Below, one piece after another: positions 1 to 10,800 of a stretch of 64,000 nt of DNA; within the stretch, counting starts at the first letter, position 1; each line of letters starts with the position of its first letter. The stretch is from the NCBI GenBank assembly GCA_963812015.1, contig CAWETI010000002.1, forward strand, positions 992,001-1,056,000. The letters are read 5' to 3'. The translations under genes and the position numbers were made by a program. The notes under the pieces were generated by a model, which worked only from the letters and a program-made list of their open reading frames with translations, was not told the DNA's origin and searched no databases. Source of the stretch: an uncultured delta proteobacterium. Its GTDB lineage: Bacteria > Desulfobacterota > Desulfobaccia > Desulfobaccales > 0-14-0-80-60-11.

Positions 1-3000
1 TGCCATTGACAAGCTGGACCGCGCTCCCTGTGTGACCACCTGTCCGGCTAATATTACCGTCCAGGGTTATGTCCAGCTCATCAAGATGGGGAAATACCCA
101 GAGGCGGTGAAGCTCATCATGGAGGACCTGCCCTTGCCCGGAGTTTTGGGTCGGGTCTGCCCTCATCCTTGTGAATCCGCCTGCCGTCGTCAGGAGGTGG
201 ACGAACCCATCGCCATTTGCAACCTGAAACGCTTCGCCGCGGATCAGGTTGATCTGGCCACCTTGTCTATCCCGGAAGTGCCCCAAAAAGATGACAAGGT
301 GGCGATCATCGGTTCCGGTCCGGCCGGCCTGTCCTGCGCCTATCAACTGGCCCGCCGGGGCTATCAGGTGACGGTGTTTGAGGCCTTGCCGGTCACCGGC
401 GGCATGATCCGGGTAGGCATTCCGGATTATCGCCTTCCCAAAAAAGTTCTGGATGACGAAGTCAACTACATTACCCGCTGGGGCGTGGAAATCAAGACCA
501 ACACCGCCTTGGGACGGGACTTTTCCCTGGATGATCTGTTTGCCCAAGGATATAAGGCGGTGTTTTTGGGGCTGGGCTGCCACGTGGGCAGCGCCATGGG
601 CATCCCGGGAGAAGACGCCGCCGGAGTGGTCCAGGGGGTCGATCTTTTGCGGAATCTGAATCTTGGCAAAAATCCCCCCATCGGCAAGAAAATGGTGGTC
701 ATCGGCGGTGGCAACGTGGCCTTTGATGTGGCCCGGTCCGCAAAACGTTTGGGTTCCGAGGTGAGCATCCTCTACCGCCGCACCCGGGCCGAGATGCCCG
801 CCAACGCCGAAGAAATCGAAGAAGCTGAATGCGAACATCTCCCCATTGAGTATCTGGTGGCCCCCAAGGAGGTGGTGGTCGCCAAGGGTAAAACGGTGGG
901 CCTGAAATGTACCCGCATGGAGCTGGGTGAACCGGATGCATCCGGCCGCCGGCGGCCCATCGAGGTGCCGGGCTCGGAATTCGTGGTGGACTGCGACATG
1001 ATCGTCCCGGCCATCGGCCAAAAGGCTAATCTGAAGGGCCTGGAACGTACGGGTATCGCCACGACCAAATGGGGCACCCTCGAGGTCAACGAAATCACCT
1101 ATGAAACTTCCCGGCAGGGGGTTTTTGCCGCCGGGGATGTGCACACCGGGCCTTGGATTGCCATTGGCGCCGTGGCCGGCGGTAAAGAGGCGGCGGAATC
1201 CATTGACCGTTATCTGCAAGGGCAGGATTTGGCGGCTGGCCGGGGCTTGAGCGAAGAAACCAAGGCCATGCAGAACTGGGCGGATATCCCTCTCAATGAA
1301 GAGAAGAAGCCACGCCAGGTTATGCCCCAATTACCGCATGAGGTGTGTTGCACCTGCTTTGATGAGGTCAAGAAAGGATATTCCGAGGATCAGGCGAGGG
1401 CTGAGGCCGAGCGGTGCCTTAATTGCGGCATCTGTTCCGAATGTATGCAGTGCGTGGCGGCCTGCCCGGCCCAAGCAGTGACCCACGACCAGGAGCCCAT
1501 CACCCACAACCTCGAAGTGGGCTCGGTGATTCTGGCTACCGGGGCGCAGACGTTTGATCCCACCCAGATGCAGGGGGTTTACCTCTACGGCAAACATCCC
1601 AATGTGATTACCTCCCTGGAATTCGAGCGCATATTGAGCGCCTCCGGCCCCTTTCTGGGCCATATGGTGCGGCCCTCGGACAAAAGAGAGCCCCAGAAAA
1701 TCGCCTGGCTCCAGTGCGTGGGGTCCCGGAATACCAACCAGTGCAAGAACGGCTACTGTTCCGCGGTATGCTGTATGTATGCCATCAAAGAAGCCGTGGT
1801 GGCCAAGGAGCATAGCAAGGAGCCCTTGGAAACCACCATCTTCTATATGGACATGCGAACTTATGGGAAAGACTTTGAAAAATACTATAACCGGGCTGAA
1901 AAAGAGTACGGCGTGCACTTCGTCCGTTGCCGGGTGCACACCATCGATCCGGCTGAAAACGATGGGCTCAGAATCAAATATGTCAATGAGAGTGGGGAGC
2001 CCCAGTCGGAATACTTTGACCTGGTGGTCTTGTCCGTCGGACTGGAAGTTGATCCGGGTACCATAAATCTGGCCAAAAAATTGGGCCTGGACCTCGACAA
2101 ATATAACTTTGCCGTGACGGATGTGTTTGCGCCGGTGACCACTTCCCGGCCCGGGGTTTATACCTGCGGTCTGTTAAAAGAACCCAAAGATATTCCTTCG
2201 GCAGTAACCGAGGCCAGCGCCGCCGCCTGCGCCGCCAGCGTCGACCTGGCTGAGGCCAGGGGCACCCGGGTGCAGGTGCGGGAACTGCCGCCGGAACTGG
2301 ATGTCTCCGGACAACCTTCCCGTATCGGGGTCTTTGTGTGCAACTGCGGCATCAACATCTCCTCGGTGGTGGATGTCAAAGACGTTTCCCGTTATGCCGC
2401 GACCTTGCCCAATGTGGTCTTTACCGGAGAGAACCTCTTTACCTGCTCCCAGGATACCCAGGAGAAGATCCGTAAGGTCATCGAGGAAGAAAAACTCAAC
2501 CGGGTCGTGGTGGCGGCCTGCACCCCCCGCACCCATGAGCCCCTCTTCCAGGCTACCATCCGAAACAGCGGGCTCAACAAATATCTCTTTGAAATGGCCA
2601 ATATACGTGACCAGGACTCCTGGGTCCACCAACAAGAGCCCGTGGCGGCCACGGAAAAAGCTAAAGATCTGGTCCGCATGGCGGTGGGCCGGGCTAACCT
2701 GCTGAGGCCGCTCATTGAGCGTCCCCTGGAGATCAACCCCCGGGGTTTGATAATCGGCGGGGGCGTGGCGGGCCTGAATGCCGCCTTAAACCTGGCTAAC
2801 CAGGGTTTCGAAGCCATTATCGTGGAAAAAAACCCGGAACTGGGGGGACTGGCGCGCCGCGTGCAACATACCATCGAAGGCGTCGATGTGCAGGCCTACC
2901 TGGATAGCCTCATCAGACAGGTGAAGAGCCACGAAAAGATCCAGGTGTTGACCGAGGCTTTGGTGGTGGGATTCAAAGGCTTCAAAGGCAACTTCACCAC

Positions 3001-3988
3001 GGAAGTCCTGGTGGGGCCGGGCATGTACGGACGCAAAATCGAACACGGCGTGACCATCGTCGCCACCGGAGCCCGTGAATATCGGCCCAAGGAATATCTT
3101 TACGGCGATCATAAAAAGGTCATGACCCAACTGGAACTCGGTCAGGTCATGGAAGAACGGTCCAGGGATGTGGCGAAATGGAACCGGGTGGCCATGATCC
3201 AGTGTGTGGGGTCGCGCAATGAGGAAAATCCCAACTGTAGTCGAATCTGCTGCCAAAGTGCCGTAAAACATGCCCTGGGACTCAAAGAACTCAATCCGGA
3301 TATGGATATCATCATCCTCTATCGAGATATGCGGACGTATGGCCTGCTCGAGGATTATTATACCGCGGCCCGGAATGCCGGCATAATCTTCGCTCGTTTT
3401 GATCCGGAAAAAGCTCCTGAGTTAAAGGCCGATGGCGATGCACTCAGCGTTACCTTTATTGATCACGTCCTCCAGAAACCGGTCCGCATGGATCTGGATG
3501 CGTTCATTCTCAGTGCGGCAACCCTGGCGGAGGATACCGAAGAATTGGCCTCCTTCCTTAAAGTGCCGCGTAATGCCGACGGCTTTTTCATCGAGGCTCA
3601 TGCCAAGCTCAGGCCGGTGGATTTTGCTTCAGAGGGGATTTACCTCTGCGGTACGGCCCACAGCCCGAAGCTCATCGGCGAAAGCATCGCTCAGGCCCTG
3701 GCCGCGACGTCCCGGGCCGCGGCTTTCTTGTCAGCGACCAACCAAACCATTGGCGGCGTCGTGGCCCAGGTAATAAGGCCGGAACGATGCGCTGCCTGCC
3801 TGGTTTGCGTCAGGAGATGCCCGTATGGAGTGCCACAGATCAACCGGGAGGATGTCTCTGAAATCAACGAGGCCCTCTGCCAGGGATGCGGTATTTGTGC
3901 CTCGGAATGCCCGGTCAAGGCGATTCAGCTGGCCCATTATGACGATGACCAGATCATGGTCAAATTGGATGCCTTGATGGAGGCCTAA
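1..3988 (+). CDS. HdrL-type heterodisulfide reductase A-like flavoprotein (GltD-like NAD(P)H-binding module fused to HdrA modules); 5'-truncated by window edge
   Basis: Frame open from base 2 (AIDKLDRAPCVTTCPA); GltD motifs GRVCPHPCE, IIGSGPAG, VIGGGNVAFD, YRRT; two HdrA motifs QCVGSR..YCSAVCC and QCVGSR..CSRICC; VFVCNCG, ACTPRTHEPLF, EMANIRDQDSWVH; terminal 2x[4Fe-4S] ferredoxin. Confidence 0.9.
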   Translation, partial: AIDKLDRAPCVTTCPANITVQGYVQLIKMGKYPEAVKLIMEDLPLPGVLGRVCPHPCESACRRQEVDEPIAICNLKRFAADQVDLATLSIPEVPQKDDKVAIIGSGPAGLSCAYQLARRGYQVTVFEALPVTGGMIRVGIPDYRLPKKVLDDEVNYITRWGVEIKTNTALGRDFSLDDLFAQGYKAVFLGLGCHVGSAMGIPGEDAAGVVQGVDLLRNLNLGKNPPIGKKMVVIGGGNVAFDVARSAKRLGSEVSILYRRTRAEMPANAEEIEEAECEHLPIEYLVAPKEVVVAKGKTVGLKCTRMELGEPDASGRRRPIEVPGSEFVVDCDMIVPAIGQKANLKGLERTGIATTKWGTLEVNEITYETSRQGVFAAGDVHTGPWIAIGAVAGGKEAAESIDRYLQGQDLAAGRGLSEETKAMQNWADIPLNEEKKPRQVMPQLPHEVCCTCFDEVKKGYSEDQARAEAERCLNCGICSECMQCVAACPAQAVTHDQEPITHNLEVGSVILATGAQTFDPTQMQGVYLYGKHPNVITSLEFERILSASGPFLGHMVRPSDKREPQKIAWLQCVGSRNTNQCKNGYCSAVCCMYAIKEAVVAKEHSKEPLETTIFYMDMRTYGKDFEKYYNRAEKEYGVHFVRCRVHTIDPAENDGLRIKYVNESGEPQSEYFDLVVLSVGLEVDPGTINLAKKLGLDLDKYNFAVTDVFAPVTTSRPGVYTCGLLKEPKDIPSAVTEASAAACAASVDLAEARGTRVQVRELPPELDVSGQPSRIGVFVCNCGINISSVVDVKDVSRYAATLPNVVFTGENLFTCSQDTQEKIRKVIEEEKLNRVVVAACTPRTHEPLFQATIRNSGLNKYLFEMANIRDQDSWVHQQEPVAATEKAKDLVRMAVGRANLLRPLIERPLEINPRGLIIGGGVAGLNAALNLANQGFEAIIVEKNPELGGLARRVQHTIEGVDVQAYLDSLIRQVKSHEKIQVLTEALVVGFKGFKGNFTTEVLVGPGMYGRKIEHGVTIVATGAREYRPKEYLYGDHKKVMTQLELGQVMEERSRDVAKWNRVAMIQCVGSRNEENPNCSRICCQSAVKHALGLKELNPDMDIIILYRDMRTYGLLEDYYTAARNAGIIFARFDPEKAPELKADGDALSVTFIDHVLQKPVRMDLDAFILSAATLAEDTEELASFLKVPRNADGFFIEAHAKLRPVDFASEGIYLCGTAHSPKLIGESIAQALAATSRAAAFLSATNQTIGGVVAQVIRPERCAACLVCVRRCPYGVPQINREDVSEINEALCQGCGICASECPVKAIQLAHYDDDQIMVKLDALMEA

Positions 3989-4101
3989 CCCAGTAAAGAA
4001 CGTCCGGTGTGAATGATTTTCGGGAACCAGGCTTTGAGATGTGGCATAAAGGCAGGTTATCACCAAGGTCTGATTCAGTGGGCCTGAGAAAGGAGTGTTC
4101 G

Positions 4102-4584
4102 ATGGAACAGTTTGAACCGGTCATTGTATCGTTTTGCTGTACTTACTGAGCGTATTCAGCTGCGGACCTGGCAGGTTCGATGAGATTACGCTACCCGACC
4201 AATATCCGGATCATCAAAGTTCCTTGTACGGGGCGGGTGGCGATTATCCATCTGCTCAAAGCCCTGGAAAAGGGAGCGGATGGAGTTTTCGTCGCCGGCT
4301 GTCTGGAGGGAGATTGTCACTTCCAGTCAGGCAATCTGCGGGCTAAGAAACGCGTGGCCTATGTCAAAAAACTTTTGGAAAGTATCGGCGTTGCAGGAGA
4401 CCGAATCGCCATGTATAACCTCTCGGCGGGTATGGGGCCACAATTCGCTGAAATTGCCCGGGAGATGACCGAAAAGATTCGGGAGTTGGGACCTTTCTTA
4501 AAAAACCAAGCGCCGGGGGCCAAACCTGCAGCGCCTAAGGGTGCACCGCAAGCTTCAGAGTCCGCCAGTCCTGGTGTGGCATAG
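4102..4584 (+). CDS. mvhD: Selenocysteine-containing MvhD/FlpD [2Fe-2S] subunit
   Basis: RBS AAGGAG then ATG 4102 reads MEQFEPVIVSFCCTY-TGA(4147-4149)-AYSAADLAGS, in frame with the tracked ORF MRLRYP..VPCTGRV..GCLEGDCHF; UGA sits at the conserved CxxC position. Confidence 0.92.
4163..4179 (+). promoter_or_regulatory. Bacterial SECIS-like hairpin of mvhD
   Basis: CGGACCT-GGC-AGGTTCG stem-loop; apical G is 21 nt after the UGA. Confidence 0.7.
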
Positions 4585-4596
4585 GAGGTTAGGATC

Positions 4597-5277
4597 ATGA
4601 TAATGGCCAAACCGAAGCCCATTGATGAGATCATAGGCTATATCGGTGACTTCGAAAAAATCCTGGTAGCCGGCTGCAACGGATGTGTGGCCGTATGCGA
4701 AGCCGGTGGCATGAAAGAGGCGGAGGTGCTGGCTTCAGCCCTGCGGATTTACTTCACCCAGCAAGGCAGGCAGATGAAGATCGATGAGCTCAGTCTGACC
4801 CGGCAGTGTGACAAAGAATACCTGGAAGAGCTCAAAGACAAAATTGACAATTACGATGCGGTGCTGACCCTGGCCTGCGGCGCCGGAGTGCAATTTTTAG
4901 CCGAAATGTACGGCGATAAATTCATCTTTCCGGGCGTTGACACGTGTTTTATCGGAGTTACCGAGGAGCAAGGCTATTGGACCGAGCGTTGTCAAGCCTG
5001 CGGCCAATGTGTCCTGGCCACTACCGGCGGCATCTGCCCCATAGTCCGTTGTTCCAAGCGCATGCTGAATGGTCCGTGCGGGGGCTCCGCTAACGGTAAA
5101 TGTGAACTGAGCGTGGTCGTCGGCCGTGACATCCCCTGCGGCTGGCATCTTATCTATGAGCGCCTGAAGAAACTTGGGCAGATCCAACGGTTTGCTCAAC
5201 CGGCAGGAGATAAAGACTGGATCCACAGCCGCGACGGCGGACCCCGAGAAATTATCAGGGAGGATGTGCGCCCATGA
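4597..5277 (+). CDS. metV: Methylene-THF reductase small subunit MetV
   Basis: GCNGCVAVC, LACGAGVQ, ERCQACGQC, GGICPIVRCSKRMLNGPCGG; overlaps metF start. Confidence 0.9.
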   Translation: MIMAKPKPIDEIIGYIGDFEKILVAGCNGCVAVCEAGGMKEAEVLASALRIYFTQQGRQMKIDELSLTRQCDKEYLEELKDKIDNYDAVLTLACGAGVQFLAEMYGDKFIFPGVDTCFIGVTEEQGYWTERCQACGQCVLATTGGICPIVRCSKRMLNGPCGGSANGKCELSVVVGRDIPCGWHLIYERLKKLGQIQRFAQPAGDKDWIHSRDGGPREIIREDVRP

Positions 5278-6209
5278 ACACGAGTACTCCGAGTAAGTTA
5301 GAAAAGATCATCGCGGCGGGTCACTATGCCGTCACCTCGGAATGTGGTCCGCCTCGCCACGGTGGTCCCGAGGGCATTGAGAAAAAGGGCAAGATGATCG
5401 GCAATCATGTTGATGCCATCAATGTCACTGATAATCAAACCGCAGTGGTGCGTCAATGCAGTCTTGCCTGCTGCATCCGCCTCAAACTCATGGGGCTGGA
5501 GCCGGTGCTCCAGATGGTAACCCGGGATCGGAACCGCATCGCCATCCAGAGCGATCTCTTGGGGGCCACATCCTTTGGCATTCATAATATCCTTTGCCTT
5601 ACCGGCGACCACCAGCGGTTCGGCGATCACCCCAATGCCGCCAATGTCTTTGATATGGATTCCACCCGTTTGATTCAAACGGTTAAAATGATGCGTGATG
5701 AGGGCCGCTTGTTGGGAGGCTATGAAATGCCGGAGGGCAAGCCCCAAATGTTTATTGGGGCGGCCGAGAATCCCTTTGCCGACCCTTTTGAGATCCGGGT
5801 GCTGCGATTAGCCAAAAAGGTGGCGGCCGGAGCCCAGTTCATCCAGACCCAATGCATTTACAATATGGATAAGTTCAAGCTGTGGATGCAAATGGTGCGA
5901 GATCACGGACTCCTTGAAAAAGTGGCCATCTTGGCGGGCCTCACCCCCATGAAGAATGTGGGCATGGCCCGGTACATGAAGAACCGGGTGCCGGGGATGG
6001 ATGTTCCCGATACCATCGTCAAGCGTTTAGCCGGGGTCCCCAAGGAAAAACAGGCCGATGAAGGGATTACTATCTTACTGGAGCAAATTGAGGAACTGAA
6101 ACAAGTGGAAGGAATCAGGGGCTTCCATATCATGGCCATCGAATGGGAGGAAAAGGTTCCGGAAATAGTGGAAAGAGCGGGCCTCTACCCAAGACCTTCG
6201 GTGAACTGA
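5274..6209 (+). CDS. metF: Methylenetetrahydrofolate reductase MetF
   Basis: VTSECGPP, AINVTDNQ, RDRNRIAIQSDL, LTGDH, KKVAAGAQFIQTQ. Confidence 0.93.
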   Translation: MNTSTPSKLEKIIAAGHYAVTSECGPPRHGGPEGIEKKGKMIGNHVDAINVTDNQTAVVRQCSLACCIRLKLMGLEPVLQMVTRDRNRIAIQSDLLGATSFGIHNILCLTGDHQRFGDHPNAANVFDMDSTRLIQTVKMMRDEGRLLGGYEMPEGKPQMFIGAAENPFADPFEIRVLRLAKKVAAGAQFIQTQCIYNMDKFKLWMQMVRDHGLLEKVAILAGLTPMKNVGMARYMKNRVPGMDVPDTIVKRLAGVPKEKQADEGITILLEQIEELKQVEGIRGFHIMAIEWEEKVPEIVERAGLYPRPSVN

Positions 6210-6404
6210 TAAGCATAAGGCGTCGGATAATCATCGCATCTCTTGAGCCAGGCACGCTTAAATCTAAGGCTTGCAGGGTTTTACATTTGATAGTATAAAG
6301 TATTGGCCATGGGGAACCTTTGCGCTCGGATACCGGTGAAGGCCGACGGTTAACCGAAGCGCTCATAATGCCTAATTTTTCCATACACCTCGGGAGGTAA
6401 GGAA

Positions 6405-6788
6405 ATGTCGAAAAAATATGTGCTGGTGGTTGATGATGATCCTGATCTGGTAGAAACGGTTGGCCTTATGTTGGAAAGTAACAATTTTGAGGTGGGGAAA
6501 GCCTATGACGGCATCGAGGCGGAAGAGTCGATTAAAACCCGCCGTCCCGACCTCTTGATCCTCGACGTCATGATGCCGCGTAAAGACGGTTATAAGCTGT
6601 GCGCCGAATTGAAAAAAGCCCCCGCCACCAAGGGTATTCCTGTCATTATGCTCACCGCCGTAGGTGAGGCGGTCAGCACGACTTCGTATAGCCACGCTGA
6701 AGGTATGTCCATGGAGGCTGAGGATTATATTGAAAAGCCTGTGGATACCAAAAAACTTCTCGAATCGGTACGCAGCTTTTTCGTCTAA
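6405..6788 (+). CDS. Single-domain response regulator
   Basis: VLVVDDD, LDVMMP, MLTA, EKP; RBS GGAGG. Confidence 0.9.
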   Translation: MSKKYVLVVDDDPDLVETVGLMLESNNFEVGKAYDGIEAEESIKTRRPDLLILDVMMPRKDGYKLCAELKKAPATKGIPVIMLTAVGEAVSTTSYSHAEGMSMEAEDYIEKPVDTKKLLESVRSFFV

Positions 6789-7189
6789 CCGTCAGGGAGC
6801 AATAAGGAATTTTCCTCGCAGACCATCTGAGCTATCGGCTACGGAGAGGCGGGATAAACCTGGCCGGCTAAAAAGCTGACCGGCCTCTTTCCCCCGCTCC
6901 AATACCCACTAGACAATCGGTTCCTGAAAGGTGTGTCCATGCCCAATTTTCAGGACGTGAAGACCCAATCAGAGGCTGGGGGTGGGAGTTTCAGGGAGGG
7001 GGCAGGGGCTTGCGGCCCTTGCCCCCTCTTGTATCTGGGAGGCAGTTCTCAGTGCCCCCGGAAACCCAAGGGCACTCCCCTTTGGGCGGCGTTGTCCCAG
7101 ACCGTCTCCTCACCGGGTCGATGAGACCGCTTCTGAGCCGGGTCGCCACACCGGACTGCTTTCATCCCGAACAGTCGCAAGGGCTTCTC

Positions 7190-7321
7190 AGCAGACTGTT
7201 GAAAAACCGGCTATTTTGTCATCTTGAGCGCCGCCCATAACCTCATCTCTATAAAAATACGAGATTATTCGCTCCGCTCCGAATGGCCACCGGGGAAATT
7301 GAAGTTTTTCAACAACCTGCT
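7190..7321. mobile_element. MITE-like element, about 132 bp, with terminal inverted repeats
   Basis: Left end AGCAGACTGTTGAAAAAC vs reverse complement of right end AGCAGGTTGTTGAAAAAC (16/18); internal TGTCATCTTGAGCG..TTCGCTCCGCTCCGAATGGC REP-like palindrome. Confidence 0.6.
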
Positions 7322-7352
7322 ATGACCAGGCCCATTAAGGGTTGTTGAGGCC

Positions 7353-8366
7353 ATGACAAAAATCAGGCTGGGAGGGATTAAGGTCTTCGACCGGTGCGTT
7401 CCGGTATCCGAGTTACGGCATAACGGCGAAATTTCCCTAGCCGATAGGTGCTCCAAGCTGGCAGCCCAGCGGATCAATATTATCCTTCTTATGCATGTCA
7501 CGGCCAGTGCAGGCGGAAATTCTCACACTTCTCTCTGTACCGAAGCCCCCGGTAAGGTGCTTGCCACTCATTCTCCCAAGCAGGCCGCTCAGGAAGGGGT
7601 GGGCAATTTCGATAAACAGGCGGAATGCGCCATTGTTGCCGTATATCCTTATGACCGGCGCCTCGATATCCTGGGGGCCTTGCTGCAACTTCTGGGGAGA
7701 AAGCGCATCCGCCCATTAGGCTTGGCCAGTTCAACTTCAGCAGTCTGTGCTTTGGTTCCTGCTCCGGATAAGACCAGGCTTATCGACGGCCTGTTTGAAC
7801 CTTTTGAGTTTCCTGCTTATTCAGCCCCCAGCGACTGGCATGCCGCCTATATCGGCAAGCAACAGGTGCTCCGGGAAATAATCTGTTCTTATGAAGAAAA
7901 GATCATAAAAGTTTATAATCTAATCCGCGTTCTTGAACTGGAACTCTGGCGGGTGATGTTGCCGGCCTCGTATCTGGAAAGGTTCGGATCGGCCTTGACC
8001 GCGCTCCATGATCTGGGAGTAACCATACCCTTTTTAACAGCCCAATTCGATGGCCAAAGCATGCTAAACTTTGCCTTCTGTCTCAGTGGCGCCCACTCTC
8101 AGGAGGCCACCCGGATATTTGCTAATTATTTGGCTGAGCTTCCTGCGAGGCGCCAGGTTGATGTCTCCGCCTTTTTCGTGCATGGTCCTCATTTCGGTGA
8201 TCGTTATGGCATCATTCATAAGCTCCTGAACAGCCTGAGGCATGCCGCGGTAACTCCGCTGGCCGTCTCTTGTGCAGTCTCCTCCATCTCCGTCGTGGTT
8301 CCTGCCGGGGATTTGACCACGGCCATCCAATCATTGCACGGCAGCTTTCAGATCCCTGAGGATTGA
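7353..8366 (+). CDS. ACT-domain repeat protein (aspartokinase regulatory-domain-like, no kinase domain), paralog 1
   Basis: KIRLGGIK, YEEKIIKVY, HGPHFGDRYGI, SCAVSSISVVV; paralog at 12349-13395. Confidence 0.7.
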   Translation: MTKIRLGGIKVFDRCVPVSELRHNGEISLADRCSKLAAQRINIILLMHVTASAGGNSHTSLCTEAPGKVLATHSPKQAAQEGVGNFDKQAECAIVAVYPYDRRLDILGALLQLLGRKRIRPLGLASSTSAVCALVPAPDKTRLIDGLFEPFEFPAYSAPSDWHAAYIGKQQVLREIICSYEEKIIKVYNLIRVLELELWRVMLPASYLERFGSALTALHDLGVTIPFLTAQFDGQSMLNFAFCLSGAHSQEATRIFANYLAELPARRQVDVSAFFVHGPHFGDRYGIIHKLLNSLRHAAVTPLAVSCAVSSISVVVPAGDLTTAIQSLHGSFQIPED

Positions 8367-8421
8367 CAGGAAAGGGCAAGCCCTTACCAAAGGAAAGACA
8401 GAAGCCCCTAAGGACTAAAGC

Positions 8422-10734
8422 ATGGCTAGCACAAGGAAAGACAAAACCGCCCCCTCCAGGCGCCTTCTCATGGACACCGCAAATTCCGGCTACGACTGCC
8501 TGGAATTGGCTGCCCTGGGGCTGATGGAATTTCCTGACCCTGTAGTGATAGCCGATAATCAGCACCGAGTTGTCTTTATGAACCATGCCGCCCAGAAGTT
8601 ATTCGGTTTTGGGGTGGTGAAAGATAACCTCCCCCTGGCCGGCGACATCTTCCAGGGGGAATTAGCAGGTCATCCCGGCAACTTTATCGATTCCTGCCTC
8701 AAGGGCCGGGAACTGAATCGGATGCCCTTGCGCCTGCAGACTCAGGCCGGAGAATCTCTGGATATTTCCGTCACTGCCCAGGTTATCAGAGACCACAAAG
8801 GGAAGACGGCGGGTTGCCTGGCAATCCTGCGGGACATCCAAGCCGACCTGATGGCCCAGCCGGCCATCAAGAGCCGGGTTGCCATGCTTGACAGCATATT
8901 GGAAAATTTTCCCACCCCTTTCTTTATGGTGGATGAGAATCTCGTTATCACCTCGATGAACCCGTCCCTGGAAAATCTCACGGGCTATAGCCGCCAGGAG
9001 GTAGAGGGTCGCATGACCTGTGCCGACCTCCTCGGCACGCCCCGCTGTAATACCCAAGGTTGTCTGCTCCGGCAGGTCATGGGAACCAGATCGCCTTTCG
9101 CCGGGATTCGCCAGGTGATGGTGAATCGCCGAGGCGATGAAATTCCGGTGGTGGTCAACGCCTCAGTTATTACTGATGCCGATAATAAAATTATCGGGGG
9201 CTTTGAGTTTATTCGAGATATCAGCGCCAGGGTGGAGGCGGAAGAAAAGATTAATTTAGTCACCGAATTGACCCAGGAAGGCATTTTGCTGGTGGATGAG
9301 GACCGCCGCATCATCTTCGCCAATTCTAAAATGGCGGCGATTAGCGGCTTCCCCAAAGATCAGCTTATTGGCATGAATGCCGACCAGGTCATCCCGGCCC
9401 ATTACTACCAGACGATGTTGGAAATGACGCAGAAAAGTGACCAAGGGGAGCAACTCTGCTTTTGCAGTATGCTAAAACCACCTGAAGATGACTCAGATAG
9501 TTACCGTGATTATGAGACCTGCGTGGCCATATCAACTATCGGCAAACGCCACGTCACCTCCTTCTATTTGCGCGACCTTTCCAGGCGTAATCAGTATGAA
9601 CGGGAGTTGCGCCATGCCAAAAGCTTTTTAGAAAATATCATTCGAAGTTCAGTAGATGGCATAGTCGTGGTGGATACCGCGGGCAATATCCTTTATTTCA
9701 ATGAAGGGGCCGAGAGAATTTTGGGGTATAAGGCCGAAGAGGTCATCGGCCACACCGAAGTTTTTCAACAGTTTTACGAACCCGGTCTGGCGCGGGAGAT
9801 CATGCGCCGGATGCGCAGCAACGAATACGGGCCCCCAGGCAAATTGAATACCACCCGAATCATTTTCAAGTCAAAAGACGGCGAAGAAGTCCCGGTAAAT
9901 TTTTCCGCGGCCATCATCAAGGAAGGAGGCCGGGAAATCGGCAGTGTCGGCATTTTCTCGGACCGGCGGGAAAATTTGCGGATACGCAAAGAATTGGAAC
10001 AGGCCAGGACGCAACTCTGGCAGACGGAAAAGATTGCCTCGTTAGGCCGTCTGGCGGCCGCCGTGGCCCACGAAATCAATAATCCCCTGGCCGGCATCCT
10101 GATCTATGCCGACATCTTGATGCGAGATATCGGCGAGAATCGCCAGTGGCGGGAAGATCTGGAAGAGATCCGTAGTCAAACGTTGCGCTGCAAACAGATC
10201 GTCACCCGTCTGCTGGAATTCAGCCGGATGCCGCTGGCCCAACGGACCGCTCTTGACGCCAATGAGGTCGTTAAAGCCTGCGTGGCATTTTTGCATCATC
10301 AGGCGCTGTTTCATGACATCGAATTTGATTTCCAGTTAACTGATGATCTCCCCCAGGTGATTGGCGATCCTTCCCAGCTCCAACAGGTTTTTACCAATAT
10401 TATCATTAATGCCGCCAACGCCATGGACGGCAAAGGAAAAATCGCCATAAGCAGCGTTTTTCTCCAGGAAAACCAGGAAGTCGTCCTGACCTTCGCAGAT
10501 ACCGGGCCAGGAGTTTCCCCCCAGATTATCGACAAAATTTTCGAACCCTTTTTCACCACGAAAGCCCCCGGTGAAGGAACCGGCCTGGGATTGTCGGTGT
10601 GTTACGGTATTGTCCAGCAGCATGGCGGCAAACTCGAAGTGAAAAACTCTCCCGAGGGCGGAGCGGTTTTTATCCTCACGCTGCCCTTGGAGGCGCCTAA
10701 ACAAGAAGAGTTGTTTGAATTATTAGAGTATTAA
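8422..10734 (+). CDS. Cytoplasmic multi-PAS sensor histidine kinase
   Basis: About 4 PAS repeats; H-box AHEINNPL; N-box [29 protein letters not shown]; no evident TM helix. Confidence 0.92.
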   Translation: MASTRKDKTAPSRRLLMDTANSGYDCLELAALGLMEFPDPVVIADNQHRVVFMNHAAQKLFGFGVVKDNLPLAGDIFQGELAGHPGNFIDSCLKGRELNRMPLRLQTQAGESLDISVTAQVIRDHKGKTAGCLAILRDIQADLMAQPAIKSRVAMLDSILENFPTPFFMVDENLVITSMNPSLENLTGYSRQEVEGRMTCADLLGTPRCNTQGCLLRQVMGTRSPFAGIRQVMVNRRGDEIPVVVNASVITDADNKIIGGFEFIRDISARVEAEEKINLVTELTQEGILLVDEDRRIIFANSKMAAISGFPKDQLIGMNADQVIPAHYYQTMLEMTQKSDQGEQLCFCSMLKPPEDDSDSYRDYETCVAISTIGKRHVTSFYLRDLSRRNQYERELRHAKSFLENIIRSSVDGIVVVDTAGNILYFNEGAERILGYKAEEVIGHTEVFQQFYEPGLAREIMRRMRSNEYGPPGKLNTTRIIFKSKDGEEVPVNFSAAIIKEGGREIGSVGIFSDRRENLRIRKELEQARTQLWQTEKIASLGRLAAAVAHEINNPLAGILIYADILMRDIGENRQWREDLEEIRSQTLRCKQIVTRLLEFSRMPLAQRTALDANEVVKACVAFLHHQALFHDIEFDFQLTDDLPQVIGDPSQLQQVFTNIIINAANAMDGKGKIAISSVFLQENQEVVLTFADTGPGVSPQIIDKIFEPFFTTKAPGEGTGLGLSVCYGIVQQHGGKLEVKNSPEGGAVFILTLPLEAPKQEELFELLEY

Positions 10735-10800
10735 CGCGGCGGTTCAGGCTGGGAAAATAAAAATGCCCAGGGTTTTCTCACTTGGCCCGGAGGTCGATGC

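Noticed and set aside
4134..4346. 70-aa ORF overlapping mvhD
   Set aside because: Out-of-frame shadow; the Sec read-through frame from 4102 explains the region.
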